This document shows, piece after piece, positions 35,496 through 47,344 of a stretch of DNA of 64,000 bases. Source of the stretch: Octopus sinensis (Eukaryota). Within the stretch, counting starts at the first letter, position 1. Every line of letters starts with the position of its first letter. The translations under genes were made by a program, and so were the position numbers. Below the pieces are notes generated by a model. That model saw only the letters and a list, made by a program, of their open reading frames with translations, was not told the origin of the DNA and ran no database searches. The stretch is taken from positions 106,578,001 through 106,642,000 of the forward strand of contig NC_042997.1 of assembly GCF_006345805.1 (NCBI RefSeq), in the 5' to 3' direction.

Positions 35496-36085
35496 AAGGC
35501 GGCGAGTTGGGAGAATGGTTAGCACGTCAGGCGAAATGCTCAGCGGTATTTCGTCTGCGTTACGTTGTGAGTTCAAATTCCGCCGAGGTCGACTTTGCCT
35601 TTCATCCTTTCGGGGTCGATAAATTAAGTACCAGTTAGGCACTGGGGTCGATGTAATCGACTTAATACCTATGTCTGTCCTTGTTCGTCCCCTCTCTGTT
35701 TAACCCCTTGTGGGTAATAAAGAAATAGGTATTTCGTCTGTATTTACGTTCTATGTTAAAATTCCGCTAGGTCGACTTTGCCTTTCATCCTTTCGGGGTC
35801 GATAAATTAAGTACCAGTTACGCACTGGGGTCGATATAATCGACTTAATCCGTTTGTCTGTTCTTGTTTGTCCCCTCTATGTTTAGCCCCTTGTGGGTAA
35901 TAAAGAAATAGGTATTTCGTCTGTCTTTACGTTCTGAGTTAAAATTCTGCCGAGGTCGACTTTGCCGTTCATCCTTTCGGGGTCGATAAATTAAGTACCA
36001 GTTGCGAACTGGGGGAGGAACTAATCGACTGACCCCTCCACCTCTAAAAAATTTCGGGCCTTGTACCTAGAGTAGAAAAGGAATA
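35496..36085 (+). mobile_element. Head-to-tail trimer of SINE family B (about 183-bp period)
   Basis: Core gtcgactttgcc(t/g)ttcatcctttcggggtcgataaattaagtaccag occurs three times; units 2 and 3 start at ggtatttcgtc (35728, 35911). Confidence 0.92.
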
Positions 36086-36954
36086 TATAATTATTTGAAG
36101 ACAATATTTTCCTTTAAAATAAAGCTTTATCACGTCTCGGTTGCTGTGCTGCAACTATGTCGTGCTATATAACATTATAAAATCACTAAAATGATATTTT
36201 CCATATCATAAATGCTTAACTGAGTTTCGGGTTGCCTCATTACGCAGCATCTTTGGCAAGTGTCTTCAACTATATCCCAAATTTCAACGATTCTACTAGC
36301 GATTGTTAGAGATTGGCTTAACTACAACTGCCAGTCAATTTATCGTCAAAATTCGCTTTCAGCAGTATTAAGTTTTCATTTGAAAATCGCAATAAAATAT
36401 TCTTGTATTGTCCTCAATGAGTGGAACCCTTGTGGCCAATAAAAGAAATCAAACTTCATCATGATCATGTTTCTCAAACCAGGTGTCTTGGAATATTTTG
36501 GAGCATCATTGCATAAGACGATGTGGAACACCCCAACAAAACAAATATATTGAAGGTGAACGTCTTTCCGCAGATTTTAAATACCGAAAAAATGAATTAC
36601 TAGGAGTGATTCGCAATGAAACCAATGCTCTTTGAAAGGGGGAAATGTTCAGTTTTATAGAAAAATAAAGCTATTGAGAACAGTCTTAACGATGCAGTTG
36701 GAGAAAAATATTACAAAACAAAAACAAAAAGAAAAACACGCAATGTTGCCAAACGCAAAACTTTGCCAAACGTAGGTAACTGTATATTTTAATGATAGAA
36801 ATTTGAGTGGAGGACTGGCCTTGATTTTTGCAAATGTGGTTCGCAACATACGAATTTTAAATATGAGACAAACGGGAAAGAAAGACTACATAACAGTATT
36901 ATGCTATAAGAACAAGTGCTTTCCTTTCCACCTGAGTCTATTATACAGGCACAT

Positions 36955-37190
36955 GAAAGGCAGCGAGCTGGAAGAAACGGTAGCACGCCGGGCGAAATGC
37001 TTTGCGGTATTTCGTCCGCCGCTGCGTTCTGAGTTCAACTTCCACCGAGGTCGACTTTGCCTTTCATCCTTTTGGGGTCGATAAAATAAGTACCAGTTAC
37101 GCACTGGGGGTCGATGTAATCGACTTAACCCGTTTATCTGTCCTTGTTTGTCCCCTCTGTGTTTAGCCCCTTGTGGGAAGTAAAGAAATA
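36955..37190 (+). mobile_element. SINE family B monomer
   Basis: Same head, core and gccccttgtggg..taaagaaata tail as trimer unit 1. Confidence 0.9.
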
Positions 37191-37289
37191 TATACAGGCA
37201 CATGAGAGAAGGAAGGTAATTTATTTGTGTTTTGCCAAATCCAGAGGAGCCCTGTGTTCTCAAAAGAACAGTTAGTTTCAGTATTCGCT

Positions 37290-38060
37290 AATATGAAGAG
37301 TGTGATCTCCGGATTCGAACAAGGTGGGGGATATGGCACCATAAGCGTTATTTTTAAAACCGAGGAGGCTTAAAAGACAAACTGAGTTAGTGTATCGCAT
37401 GTGTGCCCGAAAAATAAATCCCACAGTATTTGGGATAAAGAAACACGAGGGCCACCGTAGAGTATCCAGCAATGTCAACGTTGACTTGACTCTCAAAGTT
37501 ACTTTCGTAGTAGAGTATTGTCAGGAAGTCAGTACTTAAGTTACATTTGGTGATATAAAGATCGGGTTGGGACCCCATCAGCATACAAGTTCTCGTGGCC
37601 CCACAAGATCACAAAAGGATTCTCGAGTTGTGTCCTGTTGTGGGTGCTACAAGAAAAGTTTTATGACAGAGCGTTTGGGGTGGAAGCCCTGTTGCTTTGC
37701 ATGAGGCAGGAAATGTCACGTAAAGGCTTTCTGTCCAGAAAAGATAGAGAGGCTCAAACGCAAAAACAAAAGACAATAGACCACGGAAGATGTTGTTCCA
37801 AAAACAGCTGTAGGCACAGCTCTGGAAATGTGAGAAGTTATCGCCTCGACCTTCGTCCCAAGAACTGCGCTGGAATATGAGGGAGCCCCCTCTGCGGCCA
37901 TAATTAGCGGCAGCCACTTCGTTGTCATGCTACTGAGGAGGAGACATTGGCCAAGGCACGAAATAGAAAAGGAACTCCATCGAAAGAGAACAAAGTCTCA
38001 GAGAAAGCGAGCAAAATGTTTGGTCAGGAGGCTGTCTTCTCCTTACACACCGGGAATGTA
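37290..38060 (+). pseudogene. Decayed non-LTR retrotransposon ORF1 with CCHC zinc-knuckle remnant
   Basis: 37681-37740 reads WKPCCFA*GRKCHVKAFCPE, a degenerate CX2CX4HX4C; upstream YGTISVIFKTEEA and PQYLG*RNTR segments. Confidence 0.55.
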
Positions 38061-38087
38061 TTAAATTCACAGAACACGCGCACGCAC

Positions 38088-38132
<45 letters not shown>

Positions 38133-38271
38133 TAAACGAAGATTTGATAGAGCTACTGGAAAAAATGTAAGAGGAAGAAAAGAGTAATAAGGCATTTATT
38201 GAAGTTGGGATCGTCAACGATTCTGAGGAACATTCGAACCATACGGTCAGCTAACGTGCTACCACTTAAAG

Positions 38272-38670
38272 TATATTCTTTTATACTTTTATTTGTTTCA
38301 GTCATTTGACTGCGGCCATGCTGGAGCACCACCTTTAATCGAACAAATTGACCCCAGAACTTATTCTTTGTAAGCCTGGTACTCATTCTGTCGATCCCTT
38401 TTGCCGAACCGCTAAGTTACGGGAACGTAAGCACACCAACATCGGTTGACAGGCGATGATGGTGTGGACTAACACAGACATACAAACATATACATGTATA
38501 CATATATGCGACGGGCTTATTTAAGTTTCCGCCTACCAAATCCACTCACAAAGCTTTGGTCGGCCCGAGGCTATAGTAGAAGACACATACCCAAGGTACC
38601 ACGCAGTGGGACTGAACCCGGAACCATGTGGTTGGGAAGCAAGAGTTTTACCAACACAGCCACGCCTGCG
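38272..38670 (-). mobile_element. SINE family A, full length
   Basis: Reverse-complement match to 2680-3106 across head, core and tail. Confidence 0.92.
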
Positions 38671-39756
38671 CCGGGAGATTTCTTGCCTGATCCGTCATTA
38701 AAGATGATCGCAGGCATCTTTGGGTCTACCATTTTCAACTCATGCAGTTCTCTAGCAGGTGATTTCGCGTTTGTATGCGTGTGGATGTCTAATTTATATC
38801 TCGCATTTTAAAATTATATTTTGCCTTTTTGCCTGTAAGGTTATGAAGTCTCTCTTGGTTTACTACAGTAATGTTGCATGCCATTATTTAACAAGTGCTG
38901 CGTGTTAATTCGTGGAAATAATACAAGAAAGGAACTTTAAAATAACCGCGAGACTCTTCCTCTGCTAAGTTATACAGTGGACCAAATAACACATCACGAA
39001 TTGTTCTATAGTTCATCCACCGCCAGGATAATTCAACTCTGGCCATCGTTGGTTCCAAGTGCTTTGTTATATTAGCAGGAAAATAACATCTCGCGTGCCC
39101 TGGGAAAACTCTCTCCTCTCTAGTCATAATGATTTTACAACACTTTTTATAAACAAAAAGGGGCTCACAGCGATAGTTCAAATTAATTGTTTGAAGATGT
39201 ATTACGCGCAACGTGACTGGATCCATACCCCGCGAAATACTCGGCCAATTAAAATACAAAACTCAACCAAATGTTCTAACATTACATGATAGGTCAAACG
39301 ACCAATCATTAAAGATTAATGTGTGAAGCCTCCTTGCGAATATGAAAAAGCTAGTCGAACATGAAATGTCAGAACAGAAATGAGTCTTGCTACACTTTAA
39401 TTATTGTATTTTCATATAATCATATCTTTATAATGTAGTTTCTTTAATAATATAAATGAAATTTGTAATATATTCATTGTTCAAGGTCGTTACTCCATTC
39501 CTCGTTTGTATACATTGTTTTGTCCACATCATTAATATTTATAATGAGTTCGGCGTTGATACAATAAGAACCAGTTCAGCACTAAGGTCGATGCAATTGA
39601 CTTACCCCTCATTCGTAATTGCTGGCCAAAATTTAAAACCAATATTTATGAACAGCGTCATAAATCTGGTACTTCATTTTTTTTCTTTTTTTATATATTT
39701 TTCAGAAATTTCAAATTAATTCTATTGAAACAATTTCTCTTGTTTGTTTCTTTTAG

Positions 39757-39800
39757 GATTTAAATGTTTCCTGAGAAGACATGTCAATTGAACTGCGCGG
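39757..39800 (+). CDS. Candidate 44-bp first coding exon (ATG at 39781, MSIELR-G)
   Basis: Acceptor tttctcttgtttgtttcttttAG, in-frame upstream stop, donor CGG|GTAAAT; unique sequence; product unknown. Confidence 0.35.
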
Positions 39801-40234
39801 GTAAATTTAGCTAAACGAAGATTTTTCAGTTCATTATATGTCAGATCCTATCATATTTTCATATAAAAATATTTAAATATTATGTACAAATATGATCGTG
39901 TAAATATTAGGAAATTGGTGGACTTGTCTAACGTTTAATGTGCTTTTATCTGCTAATCTTAGTGACGATAGTATGAAAAGTTAAAACAGAACAGATTTCT
40001 ATCAATTACTGTCACCATGTCAATACACAGACAAACTAGCTCACTCGCTCCCTTAATGTGGATATATTACACATACACATTAACACAAATGTGCATATGT
40101 GTGTGATTGTGTATATGTGTGTGAATGTGTGTTTTGTATGCACACATACATACACAGATACACACAAGTATAGATGTATGAACATATGAATGTGTATACC
40201 ATTTGTATATATACAGTTAGTATCTATACACTCA

Positions 40235-40305
<71 letters not shown>

Positions 40306-41467
40306 GTAAACGTGTGTGTGTGTGCGTTTGTGATATTTGTGTAACATGTGCGTGTATGGTGTATAGTGTATGATGTATAAAGCATTGTCAACTGAAAGCA
40401 GCGAGTGACATTGTTTATTATCAAACATCGAAGCATTTATTATGTGGTTGAACGACCAGCATATGATGGACAACATCATTGCAAAACTACCACCACCACC
40501 CAAAAAATAAAATATGTTTTAACCTAGAATAAATATGTCATGACTCATGACTCAACAGACTCAATACATATATTCACACTCACACGCACACTCTCTCTCT
40601 CCCTCCCTCATTCTCTTTCTCTTTCTCTCTCTCTATCTCCCTCTCTATTGACTCTTTCATTAACATCTGTATTCAATTAATTGACGCCAGTTGATGTCTG
40701 ACAATAGAAAAGAAAATGGCTTTCTGTTTGTGAATATGACACAAATGTATGCATACAAGACTTCACATAACATCACTTGTATAAAGCGGAGTGCCTCCTC
40801 GCTTAAAAACTCTTTTCCAAATCGAAACATAGGAAAGGTTTTCCTAGTTTGCATACTAAATACAATCAATGCTTCATATTTGTATAAGAAACCACATATC
40901 ACACACACACATACACACACACACACACACGCACACACACACTCACACACACACTCACATACTCACACATGTATTATATTATATTATATTACGGAAAGAA
41001 ACGCTTGGGCACAGCTGTTTGGACGCTGACGATTTAGCACGGCTCACTGGACATTCAGCCTAGTTTAGTAACAGGGCTTTTGGCGTTGGAGGCAAGCACA
41101 TACGCAGGCGCGGACGCAGAAATATACATATACAGATAGAAAGTGTGAGTGAGTGTGTGAGAGAGAGAAAGAAAGAGAGAGAGAATAGGGGGGCGGCGGG
41201 AGGAAGAGAAGGACAAATTATAAATATTAAAATGAGAGTATTTAAACGTCTTATGGTAGGAAACGCTCATGAGAGATGAACAGCAGAAGGGCTTCTGAGA
41301 AGAAACCCGCACTCAGGCAAGTGTTTCGGACCTTAACTTGGAATTACAAAAAAAAAACATCACAGTTACTTAGAATTTCAGGTAACTGTCCATCAGTCAA
41401 TCGTGAGCACACACACACACGCGCGCGCGCATGCTTGCATACATATATACGTATCTACTCTCTCTCT

Positions 41468-41549
<82 letters not shown>

Positions 41550-41558
<9 letters not shown>

Positions 41559-41990
41559 GTTGAAAAATACAAACTGGGACAAGAACATAAAACATTTAGA
41601 AGACGATACAAAAAACACGGATGGGACATTCGAAGCCTTCAATCTTCAGTCAAGAACCGGATCATCCTCGCAATTTCGGCTGATTAATCTTGAGATCGCT
41701 CCGATCCGGCCAGCCCCAAGTCAGCCCTAAGCTACGAGCATTAGATTTCTTGGGAAAAGGATCGAATGTATACGAAACAAGGACGGAAAAACGGACGATG
41801 CCACACGAATATAAATACAAAAAACAATAATAGTAATAACAGGATAAAAACAGCGGGTGTCTTACGACTATAGACAGTACAACTTAGTTTAGCTGGCGTA
41901 TTTGGAAAAAAATGCCTTTTTCGGCAAACGAAGAAAACGATGTTCTCGTGGCGCTGGTCAGAAGCCGAAAGGCTGGTTGACCAGCGGTCA
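41550..41990 (-). mobile_element. Dispersed repeat family P2, subfamily 1 (longest copy)
   Basis: Homology to 29150-29600; ends against (TA)/(TTA)n. Confidence 0.7.
41643..41715 (-). ncRNA. Candidate non-circularly permuted hammerhead-like ribozyme (copy 1)
   Basis: Minus strand GGCTG G CCGGATC GGA GCGA TC TCAAGA TTAAT CAGCC GAAA TTGC GAGGAT GATCCGG T TCTTGA CTGAAGA; stems I and III flush with the hammerhead core. Confidence 0.55.
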
Positions 41991-42410
41991 CGTGAGAGGA
42001 GAAGAGAGAGAAAAAAAGGGGGAAAAGGAATCAAAGAGAGAGAGAAAAGGAGGAACGAAGGCACCAAAGGGGGGAGAAGAGAGAGAAAGAAGGAATTAAA
42101 GAGGGGAGAAGAAAGAGAGCGTGCCAAGGATTGGCTTGGCGACAGAATCAGTGAGGTGCAAAGTGAGAAAGACAGAGAAATGTGAGAGAGTGGGGGAAGA
42201 GGAGACCAAAGAATCAGAGGCAAGAAAAGAGAAAAGGAGGAGGAGAAGTAAAGAGAGAGAGAGAGAAAGAGACAGATCAAAGTAGACTGCAAAGTGTGAA
42301 AGGCAGAGAAATGTAGGAGAGAGAGACAGTGTTATAGAGTCGTACCAAATTTAAAGAAATATGTACATACATACAAGGCCAAAGAGGGTACGGGCGTCGC
42401 TATATATTAT

Positions 42411-42517
42411 TATATGTAGAAAAATACAAACTGGGACAAGAACGTAAAACATTTAGAAGACGATACAAAAAACACGGACGAGACATTCGAAGCCTTCAAT
42501 CTTCAGTCAAGAACCGG

Positions 42518-42522
<5 letters not shown>
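42411..42522 (-). mobile_element. 5'-truncated P2 copy
   Basis: Near-identical to 41556-41665; breaks into (TA)n. Confidence 0.8.
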
Positions 42523-42557
<35 letters not shown>

Positions 42558-42685
42558 ATTTTAAAATAGGATAAAATCTTTATAAGAATTTATCAGGTAG
42601 TTAGCGTGAAAAACCTCATAAGAGAAAAATTTACCAATTTTTCTCTTAAATATATTTATTTATATTATATTATAATGCCGTCTAT

Positions 42686-45065
42686 TGTATTGGCATCCTT
42701 TCTGTCTCGGGAGACAATGGAGTTGCGCATTTTTTTTTTTTTTTTTTTTTCTAGGTCTAGTCCGGCTGTTATATTTTATTTCCTGTTACATTTCTTGCTG
42801 TGGCTGTGTAGTCCTATCCTGGACAAACACTCCCTCTGGCAGGTACTGCAAATGTAGCGAAGACTGTTCCTGGCTGGTTGTAGTGCCATGGTCTCTTGTT
42901 TATGTCTCTTCCTTTCTTTCCATTTCTCCTCTCTCTTTCTGTCACTCCTCTGTATACCCTCTTTTACTGTACGTCGCCATTCTCCACGGTTGCCGGCGAC
43001 TGCCTCCCAACCGCTAATGTTGATGTTGCAGGCCTTCATATCTCTTTTGCAAACATCCTTGTAACGTAGGATCGGTCTACCCACAGACCTAGTACCCCTA
43101 GCAAGCTCTCCGTAGAGTATGTCCTTGGGGATTCTGCCATCTTTCATACGGCTAACATGCCCAAGCCATCTCATACGTCTTTGTGTGAGGAGTGCAAACA
43201 TGCTTGGTATTCCTGCTTGCCTGAGGACATCTTTGTTGGGGATATGATTCTGCCATTTGATGTGGAGGATTTTTCGGAGGCAGCGCAGGTGAAAGATGTT
43301 TAGGCGACGCTCTTGGCGTGTGTATAGCGTCCAGGTCTCGCTTCCATACAGTAGAGTGCTGAGTACACATGCCTGGTAGATCTTCATTTTTGTGGTCTTG
43401 GTCAGCTTATTGTTGTCCCAAGCCCGTTTGGAGAGTTGGGCCATCGCAGCAGCTGCCTTGCCAATGCGTATATTGAGCTCAGCGTCAAGGGATAGGTTGT
43501 AGGTGACGGTAGAGCCCAGATAGGTAAACTTCTCCACCTCTTGTAATCTGTGGTCTCCAATATGTATGTTTGGGATGTCCGATGTAGCCTGGCCCATGAT
43601 GTTGGTCTTCTTAAGGCTGATAGCTAAGCCAAAGTCGTTACATGCTTGCTCAAAATAGTTAATGAGCCTTTGGAGGGCTTCTTCTGTGGTGTGTTACCAG
43701 AGCGGCATCATCAGCAAATAACATCTCCTTGATCAGGACGTTTCTGATTTTGGTCTTGGCACGCAGGCGCGAGAGATTGAACAGTTTCCCGTCACTTCTA
43801 CTGTGCAGAAACACTCCATCATCTGATGTCTGAAAGGCATGTGACAGTAAGAGTGAGAAGAAGATGCCAAACAATGTAGGAGCGAGGACACAGCCTTGCT
43901 TTACCCCGTTTTTTATTTGGAAGGCGGCTGATGTTGAACCGTTGTGCTGTATGGTGCCTTGCATGTCATCATGGAAGACTTGATGATCCTCAGCAGCTTT
44001 GGTGGACATCCGATTTTTTGGAGCAGGAGGAAGAGGCCTGTTCTGCTTACCTAGTCAAAAGCCTTTGTTAGATCAATGAAGGCCATATATAATGGCATTT
44101 TCTGCTCTCTGGACTTCTCCTGAAGTTGGCGTATGGAGAATATCATATCGATAGTTGATCTGCTTCTTCTAAAGCCACACTGCGATTCCGGATAGATTCG
44201 AGAAGCAAGTAGTTGTAGCCTGGCCAGGATAACGCGGGCAAAGGTCTTTCCAACAGTGCTTAGAAGGGATATACCACGGTAATTGTTACAATCACCACGG
44301 TCACCTTTGTTTTTGTAGAGCGTAATGATGTTGGCATCCCGCATATCCTGAGGGACTGTACCCTCTTCCCAGCACTGACACAGAAGCTCATGAAGGTGCC
44401 GAAGCAAGATGGTGTTTTTGCCGGCTTTGATGATCTCTGAGGGGATGCCGTCTTTTCCCGGAGCCTTATTTCTTGCTAGGGAGTCAACAGCCTTGGTGAG
44501 CTCTGCTATAGATGGCGGACTGTCAAGTTCGCACATGACTGGCAAGATCTTGACACTCTCGACTGCAGCCTCAGCCACTGTGGTCTCCCGTGAGTAGAGA
44601 TCTTGGTAGTGCTCCACCCATCTATCCATTTGCTTGCCTTGATCCCTGATGAGATCTCCAGTAGTTGATTTCAGAGGGGCTGACTTGGTTGCGGATGGAC
44701 CGAGGGCCTTCTTCAAACCGGCATACATCCCACGGGTGTCGCCCCTGTCAGCAGCTGACTGGATATTCTGACAGATTTCCTGCCAATACCTATTTGCACA
44801 GCGTCTGGCTGTCAGTTGGGTTTTATTTCGTGCCTTTCTGAGTTCTTCGAGTGACTTTGTAGAAGAGTCACTCTTGTATTGCACCAGAGCTGCACGCTTT
44901 GCTTCGATAACTGGCTCCAGCTCTGAGAGCCCAGCATTGAACCAATCTGGGTTTTGCCTTCTCTCATGCCGAAAGTATCCAATGATGTCGTATACAAGGC
45001 TTCCCTGATATAGTCCCACCTACTTCAGGGAAGCCTTGTATACGACATCATTGGATACTTTCGGC
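42686..45065 (-). mobile_element. Young 5'-truncated RTE/BovB-clade LINE with 11-bp TSD
   Basis: TSD atgccgtctat at 42675-42685 and 45066-45076; 3' UTR tccattgtctcccgagacagaaaggatgccaatacaata. Confidence 0.95.
42776..45024 (-). pseudogene. RTE ORF RT domain and C-terminus; one in-frame stop (44051) and about 2 frameshifts
   Basis: KAPGKDGIP, YRGISLL, QCGFRRSRSTID, FIDLTKAFD, GVKQGCVLAPTLF, LFADD, FTYLGS, RWLGHV, C-terminal CSTC..RIGLHSH. Confidence 0.95.
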
Positions 45066-45098
45066 ATGCCGTCTATATAATATAATATAATATTATAT

Positions 45099-45130
<32 letters not shown>

Positions 45131-45136
<6 letters not shown>

Positions 45137-45422
45137 ATCACGTGATCACGTGACCGACCAGTCCATCAGATGTAGTTACACATCACTGGTCACAATGCGT
45201 TCGCATTGTTTTAGCCTTCGAATGACGCCACCTCGCTGGCTAAGCGACCAGGCCAGCAGAAGAAAGAGTGGGAGAAAGAGTGGTGAAAGAGTACAGCAGG
45301 GATCACCACCCCTTGCCGGAGCATCGTGGAGCTTTTAGGTGTTTTCGCTCAATAAACACTCACAACGCCCGGTCTGGGAATCGAAACCGCGAGTCCGCTG
45401 CCCTAACCACTGGGCCATTGCG

Positions 45423-45425
<3 letters not shown>
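45131..45425 (-). mobile_element. tRNA-derived SINE with (cacgtgat)n tail
   Basis: Reverse complement ggcgcaatggcccagtggttagggcagcggactcgcggtttcgattccc head. Confidence 0.85.
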
Positions 45426-45479
<54 letters not shown>

Positions 45480-45516
45480 ACACACACATATATATATATA
45501 TATGCACACACATATA

Positions 45517-46790
45517 CAGGGTGCGTCAGTTTTTTAAGATCATTTGTATGAATTTAGAAAAAGACGCACAGCTCAGCAAAGAAAAGTTGTATTTGAAAAC
45601 CAATTATCTTGAGAATCCTTTTATCACATCTTTTCAATAAATCCACCGTTAGCATCAATGGCTGCTTCAGTATGATGTCGGAAGCGTTGACATACCCGAA
45701 TCAGAAGATCTTTATAAATTCGGGACATTATGCTATTTAAGGCGGACTTCAGAGATAGTATAGTATTATGGGGTGTTGATTGACCTCTCTCTCGCCTACA
45801 CTTCATAGGTAATAGTCCAGTGCATTGAGGAAAATCATGTCTGGGAGAACAGGATCGTGACACTGGCACGCATCCACACTTGGACTGTCCTAGTCTTATG
45901 AGACGGCGCACAGTCTTGCTGGAAGACGTATGGTCTTGCTGGAAGATGTATGGTCTTGCTGGAAGACGTATGATCTAGCTGGAAGACGTATGGTCTTGCT
46001 GGAAGACGTATGATCTTGCTGGAAGATTATGGTCTTGCTGGAAGACGTATGGTCTTCCATTGCATACTCTCTTTACATGAACTCAACTTCCTCCAACATC
46101 TCTGTGTAGATAGCGGCATTGATTGTTAAGCTTTGTGGAAAAAAGTGAGGGGGCATGACACCTCCTTCGTTGCTGATGACTCCCAGACAAACCATGACAA
46201 ATGCCGTGAATTTAGTTTGCATGACCGATGGAACCTCATTTTGGGTCTGTAAATCAATCTGTTGTTATTTCGGTTTACCTTTTGGTCCCAATCGTAGTTT
46301 TTTCCCTTCAAAGAAAAACCAAAGCACTCCAGCTTCTTGGTGTTTTAACTTGCTTAGCAAGCACCTACCACGGATCGAACGCTTCTCTTATCGCACCTGA
46401 CATAAACTGACACCTCCGCATCACATCACGTACTGAATATCCTTATGCACAACTCATCTGATGGTGCTTTCTGAAACTTTGAGTTCCTTTTCAATGATTC
46501 TAATTGACTTTTCGGGGATTTTATTGATTATTTCTCGGACTATTTGTATAGAATTATGTGTTCTGATCCTATTAGGACCATCTGCATGCGTTTTGCGTTT
46601 AGCGGCTAATGTTGGATCCCGTCGGCAATTTCAGCTCCTTTCAACCTTTGACAACGAAGGATCGGATATCTTTCAGGAAGCGAGCTATTTCTGTATCACT
46701 TTACTGCACTTTTAAGGCAACGATTGTAGAGTGCTTTTTCATATGTTGAGTTAACCTGATGTCTGATATTATTATCTGAAAAGTAAGGTA
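45517..46790 (-). mobile_element. Decayed DD37D (maT-like) mariner
   Basis: TA-cagggtg end; MKKHSTIVALK..EIARFL..DQKVNRNN..PYVFQQD..RVCQRFRHHTEAAIDANGGFIE. Confidence 0.88.
45913..46051. repeat. 20-bp minisatellite (gtcttgctggaagacgtatg) x7 within the transposase
   Basis: Seven tandem units, one of 19 bp; minus strand encodes the PYVFQQD motif. Confidence 0.95.
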
Positions 46791-46835
46791 AAAAAAAACA
46801 CATGAAGAAAGAGCTCTTGAAATAGGTGTCCTCAA

Positions 46836-46869
<34 letters not shown>

Positions 46870-46892
46870 TATATATATATAATATATATATA

Positions 46893-46967
<75 letters not shown>

Positions 46968-47169
46968 GTTTGTGTGAATATATGTAAATGTGTATACACA
47001 CAAAAACAAAACACACACACACTTACCATACATTTATATATTTGTATGTATATGCATAGGTGGTTGTGTTGAATGTGCCTGATGTACCCTTATCAGGCGG
47101 GTAGTCATGAAGAGTATACTGGGCTTCGTATATTAGTACTCCAGTATCACTTTGATGGCATGCGCTGCT

Positions 47170-47211
47170 CTGCCACTCAATGATAATAATAATAATGATG
47201 ATAATGATGAA

Positions 47212-47259
<48 letters not shown>

Positions 47260-47340
47260 AATAATAATAATAATAATAATAGTGATGATGATGATGATGA
47301 TAATGATGGTGAGGATGATGATGATGACGACGATGATTCA
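47170..47340. repeat. Compound (GAT)n/(AAT)n microsatellite
   Basis: Direct inspection. Confidence 0.95.
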
Positions 47341-47344
47341 ACGG

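Noticed and set aside
41620-41650. Canonical minimal hammerhead CUGAAGA..CGAAUGUC downstream of the P2 motif
   Set aside because: GAAU instead of GAAA, no stem I partner after the putative site, and not conserved in the 29.3-kb copy; the permuted model fits the covariation better.
41741-42292. 183-aa Ser/Leu/Phe-rich ORF
   Set aside because: Mostly the complement of a (GA)-rich low-complexity tract.
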